The notes beneath the pieces were generated by a model. It ran no database searches and was not told the DNA's origin. It saw nothing but the letters and a program-made list of their open reading frames with translations. From Tubiluchus corallicola (taxonomy: Eukaryota > Animalia > Priapulida), in contig JAQGDQ010000279.1 in assembly GCA_030141605.1 (NCBI GenBank), positions 240,014-304,013 of the forward strand: 64,000 nucleotides of DNA. The letters run 5' to 3'. Below are positions 41,001-52,553 of the stretch, piece after piece (position 1 is the first letter of the stretch; the number at the start of each line of letters is the position of its first letter). A program made the translations under genes and the position numbers.

Positions 41001-44000
41001 CACTATTCCATTGTTTTTTCCTAGGTGTAAAGAGCTTGAGACTGGTGCTGCTGCTGCGAGACTTCACAGCGTGGGTGTTCAAGCTGTAGTCACCGAGTTT
41101 CTCATTCAGTACTGTGATATTATCTTCAGTGATAAGATGCCTTCTTTCCACGTAAACGGTGTGCCTGGTATGAAGTATCACAGTAAGCTAACGTGCTTTT
41201 TTTATTTCTGCTTTTTGTTAACCAATGTAACAATAAGATATCTGCATGTGCTATTACAAAAAATTCTCTTGTTGTCCTGTTTGAGATTAAGGCAAGCAAT
41301 TTTTTATGAATGTTTGAAGATCAGAATAAAAATCGGCAAAAATTTGCATTAATAAATTAGACATATTTCAATAGAATATTTATTATGATATTCTCATTAT
41401 TCAGAGTCTCTTGTACTACCTAAAATTGTCAGCTGGATGTGGTAGTGTTAGGTTGTCTACCCATTAAATATCGTAAAAAAAAATCGAACAAAACTCGAGG
41501 CAAGTTACTAAAGGCAGAAATGCTTGTGGATAACTTTAGGAGAAAGCACAAGAATGTTTGTCTGGTTTGACTAATTTGCAATTTTAATTCATTTGCTTCT
41601 ATTTGTATTTGTACTAACGTAACTTTTTTTTTGGCATGTCTAGTTATTATAAGTTGCAGGTATTTTTTGTGAATTTCTACTGCTGTCTTCTCATTTAGAC
41701 ACAATTTCATAACGACTTGGACATTGTTAATCAATGTTGCACTGATTCTTTCAGCTTCCCCGAAGAGAACCCGGCCAAAATCGTTGGCCGTATCAACACC
41801 GGCTGCAAAGCTTCTGTCGTTAGAGGAGGCAAGACTGAGAGCCATCTGCATGCCCGGTAATGTGTCTCTTCCCAATTCGCATCAGGAATACATCGACGTG
41901 GGTGGCGGTCCGGCCGCGCTTCCGGAAAAGTACCACACCGTGATAGAACTTCCGGGGTACGTACGGTAAACATTCGAAATTTTAAATTTGTGCACTGAAA
42001 TTTAAATTTATATGCGAAATTTTAAATTTAACGACGATTGTGAAAATTTAAAAACAATTATTTCTGTGCAAATGTGTTTTCTTTCAACTACTGTACAAAT
42101 CTTTCAGCAATAAACATGGAGATTTTTTTTGTATTAATACCATTTGTTCAAAACCAGTTAAAACAGCTAGTTCTAATGTTAAACGAGTAACAGTCAATGA
42201 ACCTTGTCTTTATCTTTTGTCTTTAAATAGTTTACTCGCCTGTTGATGATATTTGTTTTGTTTCCACGTTCTCCTAATAATGCCCTATTCATGGTTTTTT
42301 CTTTAAATACGAGAATGATTTGTTTTTCCAGGAAGAAAGGGCGGAAGCCTAAAACGCCTGTAGGTTGGAAAACTTTCTTCACTATGAAGCGATCTCAGGC
42401 ACAGAAAGGGAAGAGTCGTAGCACTAAGTCAGAGACGCCAGAACTTCGTGGTAGCAGTGCCGGTGATGCACTCGACGCATCAACCCGGCGGAAGAAGCTG
42501 CGTTCGGTGAAGAGCGCAGACTCATTGTTTACCTTGGGCTCACATCAGTCTGCTCGTTATTCAGATGCTTCTGAAGTGTCGTTGTTGGGTGGAGGAGTAG
42601 CACCCCTAGCTGTTGCTAGTAACACGCCCACTACTTTGCAAGGTCAGTATATCTGTAAATGTAAATAGAATGATGGAATGACAGTATTTCTCTGATTTTT
42701 AGAAATATGCTGAACATGTTCTGGTAAAAATAAGACTGATTAACAAACAATTGAGAGAAGCTTCACTGCATTTGCCGAAACTGTTAGTAAACGGTAAAAA
42801 TTGAAATGCTGAAATTTTGACACATATTGTACAAATTCAACATACACTGCATGTGGAAATACAATAACAATGTTGTTTACGAAAATACTGTAAAAAAGTT
42901 GGCGAGCTCTAGTTTGTAAATTTACTATAGTAGGCACCGCTTAATAGATTCACTTTGGGATGGAAATGTTTTGACTCAATTAACCAACCAAATCTATTAG
43001 CCGACAGGTGCAGTTACTAGTATAAATGTATGTTTACGCATATAAGTTGCATGTGATACTGGCAAATTGTTGTCATTGCATCAGTGGCATAACAGCAACT
43101 GTGAAAACATTCTGCGAAAAGCAGCAAGAACATCGGAAGGACATCGCTAGGCATGTGATTAAAAGTTTAGTGTCTGTAAATTCTTAGCCAATGAGGTTAA
43201 TTGCCGTAGACGAGCGGGTGACAGATTCAATGCAAAAACACTACACTGACATCTTAGTGCATGATAAATGTACATAATACTATTCCTTTTAGGTACGTTA
43301 TAATGTACTACAAAAGTGAAGTAAGTGTAGCGTAAATGTAGTAAAGGTACTTTGGTCACACACAAGTATCTCATTTTAAGTACATGAAACAAAAATTTTA
43401 ATTGAATTATGTGGACTTATTCGAGTCAGTCACCGATAGTTTTTATGTGCATTTGAGTAGGAGTGGAGCGTTTTTGAGTCAGTTAGGCGACTGATTCTAT
43501 TAACTGTAAGTCGAATAAATGGCGCCCACTGTCTTTGTTAGAAGAGGCCCCTTGAGTGAAAATTTAAAAAATGAATGTTCAGTTTTTTCAATTTGTTAAA
43601 TTTGCATTTACGGGAAATTGATTTTTTGTGTCAATGAATTTAGTAGGATGACAGTAAAATTTCTCTGATTTGTTGAAAAATGTGTTCTCTTCTAAATAAG
43701 TGATGTTAAATAACAATTGATTCTGCTGAAATATTCATCGAAGAAACTGTTGAAACGCGACATCAATAGTCTGCATCTCTACAAAACGTACAGTATACAG
43801 CATATATCGAAGTACAAATGAAATGTTGCATTTTTGTATTTGTTTATGAAAATATCAAAGCAAGTTGACCAATTTTTTAATAGGATTCGTCTTCACTTAA
43901 GTAAAAAATGAAGCAATGAACATTTGACTTTTTACCTTGTTAATTTTACAAAGAAAGTTATTTTTTTTGCTTATATTTTTACTTATATTTTGAAATGTAT

Positions 44001-47000
44001 TTGATGCAGCTGTGTGCTCATAGTGTTTTTCATGTAAATTTTTATGTTCTTTTTTACTTACAGGTAGTTCATTCGATTCACCAAGGTTGTTGAGTCCACA
44101 AAGATCTACATCGCACGAATCTTTCTTTGACGATCTGGATGATATTCACGCCGTGTTTGCCGTCTCGTTGGAGCCAGAACCGATGCTAAACAAGGAGAAC
44201 CTGCATGCTCGCCATCATTCTTTCAGCTCTACTAGCACTTTCACTCGGCTTCCGACAGATGGAGCTGCGGCGGTAGATTCAGCAAAAAAAGCTTTGTTGG
44301 AGCGTAGAACAGATGCCAATCGTTTTAATATATCTCTGCACTCTGGCAGTGCTAGCGGGTCCGAGAAAAAATACGGGCACAAGCGAAAAGGCTCTGCTAC
44401 CTTTAAAGAAAAGTTTATGCAGGTCTTTGGTACCAGTGGCGATGAAAAACCGAAAGAAAACACAGCCTTGCAAGTCACAGATTTACAAGCGTTAAATCAA
44501 CCTTCTGCCAAATCCCCAAAGATAGAGGGTTCATCGACGTCACCAAAAAGCTCTTCACTCAAAGAACGAATAGTGCAGGCTATATCTCCGGATGCGACGA
44601 GACGAAAACTTCACCAGTCTCCTTTATTTAGCAGAATACGTAATTCTCCCAGCCACAACAGTCAAAACGGACTCCGCAGATCGATGTCAAACGTGGAGGT
44701 GTTTTCCGCATTACAATCTCCTGCCACTCCAGAAGATATAACGTTGTATATGGATACAAATTTGAGTTCGCCTTGGAAGACAGACAAATTGAGCAAATCT
44801 GTTGTAACTCATAGTGACAGGGCATTAGGCGTGACTAATGGCGATGCTTCATCAAGAAATTTGACACATATTGAGAAATACGGTGAGAACAAGGTCACCG
44901 GTGGTGCTCGACCAAAGCAAAAGTTTATCAATGTTAAAGTTGATGTCGAAAAAGAACCTTCAGATTATAAACCTCGCTTGAGAAGCCAAAGCGAAACGAC
45001 ACGCAGTCGTCGTCGTGACGATCTAACTTCTCCCGTTTCTCCTAGAAGCCAGAAATCTTGGCGATTCATAGAGGACGACACCGGTGGCTTTCTAACTGTG
45101 GAAACAGCTTTCTTAGACAGCCCGGAAGCGGCTGCCTTGCAGTCTTCAGATGGCCTAGAAAACACGGAATTTAGTATGGAATTGTCGTTAGATTTTTCTG
45201 ATGATAGGTTTATAAACACTAAGACAACATACTGTGGAAAAGAGTTCTCTGTTGAACAGGATGTACTGGCTGAACGACCAGGCAGATCCAGGTTAAGCGA
45301 GTCTGAATATCTGTCTTCAGTGACGAGTGAGTTTGTGTTGCCGCCAGGCACTAGGAGGCATATATCAAGCGACGAACATCCACGACATGCAACCACAGGT
45401 AGTATAGCTTCTAATGAAGACATGTCTAGTCTACGATCCTCCATTCCGTGTGATAGTAAAAGAAACACAGGCGATAGTTCAGTTTCCAATGAAGGTATTT
45501 CGCTTCTTCCTAATGGCACAAATATTCCTACACCAAACTTTGACATGAATAGCAGTAGCACACTAATGGAGACATCTGATGAAGCATTGCCACCTGTCTT
45601 CGACGACCTGACAAATGCAAATCTTGCCGATGCAGCTTGTCATGGTTTTTCTGGATCAAATACACCGGACTCAGTGGAAGTTAACTACTCCGAAAGTGAG
45701 CATTTAGATGTTGATAATATGCCAGGGTGTTCTGATGTCGATTATGTTGATCCCCAGTCTGTTTATTCTACAGATAACCTAATTTGTGATGTTAGAATAC
45801 TCGAAGATCCAGGTACACCTAGCGGATTCATAGACTCCAGCTCTGATGTGGATGATGCTGAATTCTGCAGTGTGGAGGGTGACATCTCAAACAAAAATGT
45901 AGATACTACCTCAAATGAATATCGATCTTCTGGTGAGTATGAAAATGCCGTCAGTTTTACTATAACTGATGATGACAGCCTTCCGTATATCGATCAGACA
46001 ATTGACAAACAAGAAATGCAGTCACCTTTTCATTTGGTTAACTTGGAATTGGAACAAGGTAAAAGTGCTTCTTTGCCAGAAACGCCTACACCGGTTGCAG
46101 ATGAAGCCAAGGTGATGGAAGAAGAGACTTCTGATTTTACCAAAGTTTGTCCAAATCTTGATACAGCCCAATTGTCTGCATTGGAACCACTGACGGAAAG
46201 CTTGAGGAGTGAGTTTGAACGAACTGAGGACAGTGGCATTACAGAAATGACGACTAATGCTGATGGTGAAGAACCACTTACAATTAGTGCTGATTTCTCT
46301 GATATTGTTATGGCAATGTCCATCGACTCCATCCGATCTCTTTCACCGGTCAACACAAAGGTAAGCGATCAGCAGCCTGTTGAATCGTATATCGTCGATA
46401 TCACTGGATACTCTGCGAAAGATTTCATACCGAGTGTTTTAGCTGGCGATCCTCCGCCTCCAATACCACTTGATACCTATCCAGTAACTGTAGAGAAATC
46501 TGATGTTGTTTCAGGGATTGATGTAGGACGTAAAACTAGTTCTCAAGATGATGCTTGTGTTTCTGGTAGCCTCAGCACATCGAACAAAGACCTCTCTAAT
46601 ACAATCACAGAGACTTGTTCGATGAGTTTGTCACACATGTTGACTGCGTCACCAATTGATGAGTCTTGTAAAATGGTTTCTTTAGAAAAGTCTGTAAGGA
46701 CGACAGAAGAAACATGTGCTGCACCTTCCAAATTGTCTCCAAGGCCAGTACCATCCCCTGGTAAAATGTCACCTCAACCTTGTGAAACAATTGGCGAATC
46801 TTTTGTACTTGGGTTGTTTGAAGAACTTCAGCATATTCAAGATGTTGAACTTGCAAAAGAATTGGCAGCACCCACTAGTACATTGCATGGTCATGGTGAT
46901 GCCGGAAATACAGATCTGGCTAGCAGTTCTGATAATAAAAATCATGATACATCAGATAATAGTGCCTATGAAACTGGTAACGCTCATGATCAGTTATTGC

Positions 47001-50000
47001 AAAAGCATGAGAAGGAACTTCTGTCACAGAAAGATTTTCCCGACGAAGTGACTACTTTGAACAGGGCACGTCAAAGACACACACCTAAATCAAAGGCCGA
47101 CACAGAGGATGATCTCGAAAGCCGAGACCTTGTTCCACAGCTGGAGACATACGTACAAGTTCAGAGGTCGTTGAGTGATCGTATAAAGAAGAGCGTGGCT
47201 GAAGCGGAATATCCGACAGTAGAAGCCGAAGAAAGATACAAGAAAGCGGCCGAGCGGGCCGGAGTTACTGTGGAGCGCAAGAGCAGTGTGAAGGAACTGA
47301 GAACAAAATTCGAATCTCAACATGGTAGCAGTCAAGAGTCCCTCACTAGTACCGAGTATGCTAGAAAACGGCATGATTCCAGTTCAAGTGTCGATTCTCT
47401 ACATAGCTCGTCTTTGGCTGATACTCCAAGAGTAATACTCAAGGAGCGAGCATCGGATGGAATTATTGCTGTTCACGAAGACGGAGACTTGACATTTGCA
47501 GCTAACGGTGCATCGTCCAAACTTGATTTGCCTTTTCGCATAGCTGCACAGTCTCGAAGAGAAACTTCGAGAAGTCTTAGTGGAGATACATCTTCGAATA
47601 AGCTTACGCGGGATGCATCTCCAGCAAGTAGTATTTTACCATCTGTAGCTCCATACACGGGACCAAAAGCTTCGACGTTACCCAAATCTTCAGCTTCTCC
47701 AGCTGAAAAGAATGAGCGTGCTGCATATCGTGAGCTTGCCGAGAAAAAATTTGACCGCTCCTGTCACGTAACTCCACCAAAGAAAGATCATCACGCAGTC
47801 CATGCGCTCCTTGCACGAAATGCTGATGTGTATTCCCATGATAACAGTCAGTATTCCCCATCTCCTGAAACATATGCACCAAGGCCTGTTACTCATAGCC
47901 CAAAGTCCAGGCGAACATTGTCCGATTTTGGAGTTGGCCTTTCAGTTCACACAAAAGAATCAGTTGATTCAAAATGCATTCCAAGCGGACTACGACTTTC
48001 TGCGCCATCCGGAATGATATCTCCGGGTTTGAGAAGCGAGGTCAAGCTTCATAAATCTATCACTCCGCCAGTCGTAGCAGAAAAGCCAAAGTTTCGACCT
48101 TCACATCAACGTACATTTAGTGACGACTCAGCAAGTGGGTACTCTTCTGAACGACAACCTTTTCTAAAGCCTGTGGTAGCAGCTGAAAGGGAAGTGGCAC
48201 CGGTGTCTGCTCGCATTGCTTTCTTCAAGCAAGTGGATGAACAGAATAGGGCAGAATGTGAATCAAATAAGCCATCTTCTCGTGCTTCGTCTGTGTCACC
48301 AAGCAGGCGCGGTGATTCAGCTGAACGTTCAAGATTGTCGTCTACAGATGATGAAGAAAAGTGCATAATAATTGATGAAAACACTCCCTCGTCGCCAGAT
48401 ATAACACCTCGGACATCCTTTACCTCACCGCATGGTGTAGAACCAAAAGCTGGAAGCGGAATTTCATTTCAAGACACTCTTTACTCGTTCGACTCGTTAA
48501 AACATAAACCGGAAGTGATTGTTGCTAAACCAGTCATAGGAAAAAGTACACAACCTGAAGTAATAGGCAGAAGTACACATCCAGAGATGCAGCGACCATC
48601 ATCATTAGTACAAGCCTCTGCTGCTAAATGGGACTCTGCCAATAGAGAATTGCGATCAAGCTCTCTAGGTGCATCTGCTGCTGCAGATTTGCCGAAATGG
48701 CCAGTTGCATCGCGAAAACCAAGTGAAATTAAGTCTCCACCACACTGGACGCCCAAACTGCAGCCTCTTCAAATTGGCGTGTCAAGTCCTGCTACATTTC
48801 AGTCAGACGGCATATCAGCTGTGTTACCCAAAAAAGAACATGAGAAAGAAATCAAGGCACCAGCTTTGAGTGTTCCAGAATCTGCTGCACAGGATTTACC
48901 CAAATGGTCTCACAGAGTAAAGCAATATACAGGTGAGTCTTTTCTCCTGCCCACGCTTGTTACCAGTGCAGTATCATAATGTCAAAAAGTTTAATCAAGC
49001 ACCAGAATGGTGATGATTACGGAAAATGGTGTAGGCTAGGTTTTGTTTTTTAAAATGTCCTGGAATTAATCTTCTCCCACTTTTTTGTTTAATAACCTTA
49101 AAATTCAAGGTAACATCATCAAAGAAATCCGCTCAAAGGAAACCGGCAAAACTAAGGAACACGAATTTTTAATTTTTTAATTAAGCAAAGTTAAAAGTGG
49201 GATCATTCTTGTTTATTTACCTGGCCCAGGCAAAGCTGGCAGTACGGCATGGTACGGAAAAATACTGTACTTTGTACATTTGAAAAATACCGTACTATTT
49301 CCGTACTGTAGCTGCAAAATTAAATCGTACGATAAAATATCATACCGTAATTCCATTCCATATTCCATTCCAAGTGCTTGTATGACCTACTTACAGGCGA
49401 GGCATAAAAATTAATTGCAAAATGACAAATTCTTACTATGAATTTGTGCATGGTCTAAAACAGAACTGCTGTTTGAACTTTCATACAATTTATTTTAGAT
49501 TACAAAAAAGATGTACAATTCAAGCTATGCTTTATGTGTTACATACAAAAGCAGTCTGGTGATAATGATTATACCAAGCACAAATGACATTAAAAATCAG
49601 CAGTTGTTATTTGTTGTGAAGATGAAAAGTTACTGTTTTGTACACATCGGCAAAGTTCTAAACGTTCCTCATTAAAGACATACATTTTGAAATGTTCTTG
49701 TTTCAACAGAATCTGCATAGATTGAGATGTGCAAGTAAATTACTACACAACAGGTAGAAGTAGCAGTTAAAACAATGGCACTACATGAATTGGTAACAAA
49801 GTTGGGAAGCAATCTGTAAACAACAATAAACATAATTTACGAGAAATGACAACTAACGCTTCTAAACAACTTGTGGCTTTTACACTCAAAAGGAACCAAT
49901 TTAGCAGTTTTATTTCCATGTGCTCTGTGTTAATTGTGGGAGAATTGTGTAAACCCCTTCCATGAGCAAAACAAGTCATCATGCTAAGTTGCTGATCATG

Positions 50001-50658
50001 GATATTACAAGAAACTGAGGATACATGGTTTAGAAAAGGTACAAAAATGCTGTAATTTTGCACCTGACCATACTTCAGCCTCGGCCCAGGTGATTTAAAC
50101 TTGAAAGGGCAATCTTACGCAAAATGCTTGCATCTATCTTGTATCTGGTGTTTGTTTAATTTTTCGAATACGCACTGCTAGAATATTTTCTGAAAAATCT
50201 GTCAACTTGCAGCTCGAGAGAAATCTGCTAGAATCCTTGCTTTTTGAAACAATTAAGATTGTGTAATAGAAGCTAAAGAACTTTAAACGAGTTTAATACA
50301 GTGGTATAAAAACGTCAGACTATCGTAGAAGGTCTACAGCACTTTGACATGTACAGCTACCTTTATACTAAATTCAAGAATAAAATTATAAGAGAAAAGA
50401 AAGAATGCCTTGCATTTAACCTACATTATATGCAGCTCATTTAGCTCCAGGTGAATTTTTGGAAGTTCTTACCATTATTGTGTCGGAACAATTACATGCG
50501 ACATCCAAGCAGCAGCTAATGACACTTTTTGGTTCATGAGAAAGAATGTGTGTAACAAGGCTTCATATCGATGATATGTATAAAAGCGTGTGTGTGCGTG
50601 CATGTGTATATGTATGTATATACGATACATATGTGTTGCTTGAACACATTAAGCTTGA

Positions 50659-50692
<34 letters not shown>

Positions 50693-51174
50693 ACATAAAT
50701 CATACTCAAAACAAGCATATCAATGTGTGTGTAAATTTACTGTGTGTTTAGTGCAGTAATCTGTCAGAAAATAGATGAACGGTGACATTCATATCCTCAG
50801 AATCAGTTAAAGTGACTAGAGTTCGTACGAGTTTCTGTGATAAGGATTTCTTTCCTGAACAAATTATCCAGGAACATTCCTTTCGACCCTGTGTGTGCTA
50901 TTATTAGTTTATTAGCTTATATTGGCATGTAGCCACATTTTACTTTCGACTGCAGTTGGATGGTTAGAAATCTTGCCTGCGTTTGGGAGATGGGGGTTTG
51001 TCTGTCTCTTATGGCTTTTGTCAATATTCTTTGTCGGTTTTTTGCCTGTGATTTATTCCAGTAATATTTGTTATTTCAGGTTCTTCAAAAGTCATGCAAG
51101 ATTTGAAGAAGCTGGAAGAGGAAACTTCTGCGATTAGCTTGCCAAAACTTCATCGACGTTCCAAGCACGAATAG
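28001..51174 (+). CDS. ARHGAP32: Rho GTPase-activating protein 32/33-like (PX-SH3-RhoGAP; PX-RICS/CdGAPr family), spliced gene of 17 coding exons, ~2368 aa from ATG 28001
   Basis: Exons joined by hand with GT-AG sites and matching phases; total 7107 nt is a multiple of 3. Family motifs: RFPKLDECAHFHY, PX-like WVVRRTYENFRMLDKQLH, SH3 (AAAHVVKRY..DEISFEVGDIISVIDMP..WWRGK..VGFFP), RhoGAP (VFGCDL, GIYRLSG, LLKMYFRELPNPLLT, NLAIVWAPNLLR), KLLSLEEAR. Confidence 0.93.
30229..30290 (+). CDS. ARHGAP32: ARHGAP32/33-like exon (ENTPSIKDG...KQLG)
   Basis: Polypyrimidine tract plus ttcag, donor GT|GTAAGC; phases 0/2 fit both neighbours. Confidence 0.75.
30570..30765. repeat. Polypyrimidine low-complexity tract
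   Basis: Almost entirely C/T over ~200 bp. Confidence 0.85.
31716..31812 (+). CDS. ARHGAP32: ARHGAP32/33-like exon (MSDFVEDGVSRFPKLDECAHFHYDYIELGPIN)
   Basis: Family motif FPKLxECAHFHY; tgcag acceptor, GTGAGT donor. Confidence 0.92.
32636..32787 (+). CDS. ARHGAP32: ARHGAP32/33-like exon, PX domain
   Basis: FYVQITCNGKTWVVRRTYENFRMLDKQLH; ttcag acceptor, AG|GTAAAA donor. Confidence 0.92.
33118..33193 (+). CDS. ARHGAP32: ARHGAP32/33-like exon, PX domain (CVYDRKYSQLTELP...)
   Basis: tttacag acceptor, GAG|GTATGA donor; phases 2/0. Confidence 0.9.
33910..34002 (+). CDS. ARHGAP32: ARHGAP32/33-like exon, end of PX domain (...YLARFS...SCGPILNWLE)
   Basis: ttccag acceptor, GAG|GTATGA donor; conserved CGPxLxWxE. 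Confidence 0.92.
34108..35012. mobile_element. Degenerate TA-flanked MITE in an intron
   Basis: TA|CGGTTATGGT...ACAATAACCG|TA, with subterminal AATTCTG motifs. Confidence 0.4.
36255..36380 (+). CDS. ARHGAP32: ARHGAP32/33-like exon, start of SH3 (MDNRGNRLL...DEISFE)
   Basis: tttcag acceptor, GAG|GTAATT donor; conserved INTPAVAAAHV. Confidence 0.93.
36929..37006 (+). CDS. ARHGAP32: ARHGAP32/33-like exon, SH3 (VGDIISVIDMPTPEESMWWRGKRGFE)
   Basis: cttag acceptor, GAG|GTATGC donor; SH3 WW motif. Confidence 0.93.
37364..37631 (+). CDS. ARHGAP32: ARHGAP32/33-like exon, end of SH3 to start of RhoGAP
   Basis: VGFFP...RRRLKQRGILKERVFGCDLGEHL; tacag acceptor, G|GTGAGT donor. Confidence 0.93.
38418..38520 (+). 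CDS. ARHGAP32: ARHGAP32/33-like exon, RhoGAP arginine finger (GIVDGIYRLSGVSSNIQKL)
   Basis: Catalytic Arg codon CGC at 38483 is intact; tttcag acceptor, AG|GTAAGT donor. Confidence 0.95.
38668..38830. repeat. Degenerate ~39-bp tandem repeat, ~4 copies
   Basis: AACAAA..TTGATTA.TAATCAATAAAGTG units; a solo copy at ~36597. Confidence 0.7.
38946..39090 (+). CDS. ARHGAP32: ARHGAP32/33-like exon, RhoGAP
   Basis: DIHCVASLLKMYFRELPNPLLTYQLY; tgcag acceptor, GTAAGA donor. Confidence 0.95.
39430..39614 (+). CDS. ARHGAP32: ARHGAP32/33-like exon, RhoGAP
   Basis: QQLPPPHYRTL...NLAIVWAPNLLR; tttacag acceptor, AG|GTAGCT donor. Confidence 0.93.
40004..40596. mobile_element. piggyBac-like MITE in a RhoGAP intron
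   Basis: TTAA|CCCTTTCACT...AGTGAAAGGG|TTAA. Confidence 0.8.
41025..41167 (+). CDS. ARHGAP32: ARHGAP32/33-like exon, end of RhoGAP
   Basis: VQAVVTEFLIQYCDIIFS; cctag acceptor, G|GTATGA donor. Confidence 0.9.
41755..41956 (+). CDS. ARHGAP32: ARHGAP32/33-like exon (RPKSL...KLLSLEEAR...YIDVGGGPAALPEKYHTVIELP)
   Basis: Conserved post-GAP motif; tttcag acceptor; phase-2 donor at 41957, or alternatively 41966. Confidence 0.9.
42332..42642 (+). CDS. ARHGAP32: ARHGAP32/33-like exon (GWKTFF...LRSVKSADSL)
   Basis: ttccag acceptor, AAG|GTCAGT donor; resembles the family WxxFF and LRSAKSEESL motifs. Confidence 0.88.
44064..48932 (+). CDS. ARHGAP32: ARHGAP32/33-like giant exon (4869 nt) encoding a Ser/Asp/Glu/Pro-rich tail
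   Basis: 1630-aa ORF; ttacag acceptor in phase 1 matches the upstream exon; CAG|GTGAGT donor at 48933. Confidence 0.9.
51080..51174 (+). CDS. ARHGAP32: ARHGAP32/33-like terminal coding exon (GSSKVMQDLKKLEEETSAISLPKLHRRSKHE*)
   Basis: ttatttcag acceptor in phase 1, 31 open codons to TAG, then an AT-rich UTR-like stretch. Confidence 0.7.
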
Positions 51175-52540
51175 GGAACATTTTCTGCATTTAAAATCTA
51201 CTACTTAACGACAAACTTTTCCCATAACAATACCAGATCTGAGTAAATGACAGTTTCTTAAGCAGACATGCAAGTGCTCTTTAACTGAAAGAAGAAATTT
51301 AATTTTACTTTTCTCTATCAATATAATTCCTGCTTACCTCAGTTTTCAAACAGGCAGAGATAGCAGTGTTAGTGCAGGGATACAGTGGATGTTTAGATTG
51401 GCAAGAAGTTAGTGACTGTGCATCAAGACACTTGTGCTGTTCTGATGTATAGAAATTGTTCATGAAAAATATCACACAGCATAATATAAAGTTCTAATTA
51501 GATGTATAAAGTATTTATTTAATATCTGTAAATATTTGCCAGAAATTATTTAGTGTGCCATGAAGGTAGATGTTGTTTCAACCTTTAAGGGAGAAGGGCA
51601 GATTTTTGCCTAATTGTGCAACGTTGTGGCCTTTGGTTGTTTTGTTATGTTTCTGATATGTACTCGTCTGGTTTGTTGATGCATGAAAAGGTTAGTCATT
51701 TGTAAATATTTTTGATTTTATTGTGAGACTGCAGTTGATGCCTTACTATATATGCTGTACAGAAACTCGTCTGTAATTTATTTGTATTTAACTTAATTTT
51801 TAAACCACTACAGTACAGAATTATTATTCAGAAGTGTTTGCCAACTACTTAAATATGAAAGTATATCACATTTTAAAATTTTTTGTGAAACTATTGTGAG
51901 TGATTTTTTTTGTGTGTGATACTAAACTCTTTGTTGTGAACCTGCAGCTGTTTGGCAAGGGAAATATAGCTGAGTGGTCTCGTATGCTTACCAATCAAAG
52001 TTAGGCAACACTGTGTCTATTCGTAAATGCATGTTGGCAGGAAACTGCTTCTGGGCGGTTTCCTCTATCATACTGTCTTTGACTGGTTACTTGAATGGGG
52101 AAGAATGACAAAGTACAACATATGCACATCTGAATGTATCCAAGTCAACTCTGTCAGTTTTCATTTTAAAGGCTTATCGATTATAGTGAGCTAGTCTCTT
52201 GTCTTGCCACACCATTCAGTGCAAGTGGCTGATGGTGCGATCGTGTACTGGTTACAAACACAATGAGCTGAATTGTAAAATATTTTATCAACAAATTAAA
52301 AAACCTGCTTATGCATTATTTGCGAATCTCTAATAACTTATCGGTTGTATCATGTGATGTCTATACTGCCGCCTATAGGTTGATTACTATAATTTTTTCT
52401 AAAAATCTAAACGTCGTATTTACCAGAATGATAAATAATTAGCATATTTTGTATATAGAACAATAATAATAAGTACTGTATAGGTACATTTTTGAACTTT
52501 GTAATCAACAAAAATTCTTCATAACTATACAATTATGTCA

Positions 52541-52553
52541 AATAAAGTTTATT
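52541..52553. terminator. Candidate bidirectional polyadenylation signal (AATAAA-G-TTTATT)
   Basis: AATAAA on both strands, between the convergent stop codons at 51174 and 54009. Confidence 0.5.

Noticed and set aside
43085-43150. Possible cassette exon with a GC donor
   Set aside because: The phase-1 reading needed to fit the flanking exons hits TAA immediately.
44215-48869. Antisense and alternate-frame ORFs in the giant exon
   Set aside because: They are shadows of the real CDS with no recognisable motifs.
28103-51079. U12-type or non-canonical introns in the RhoGAP gene
   Set aside because: All 16 introns are GT-AG and none has the GTATCC U12 donor.
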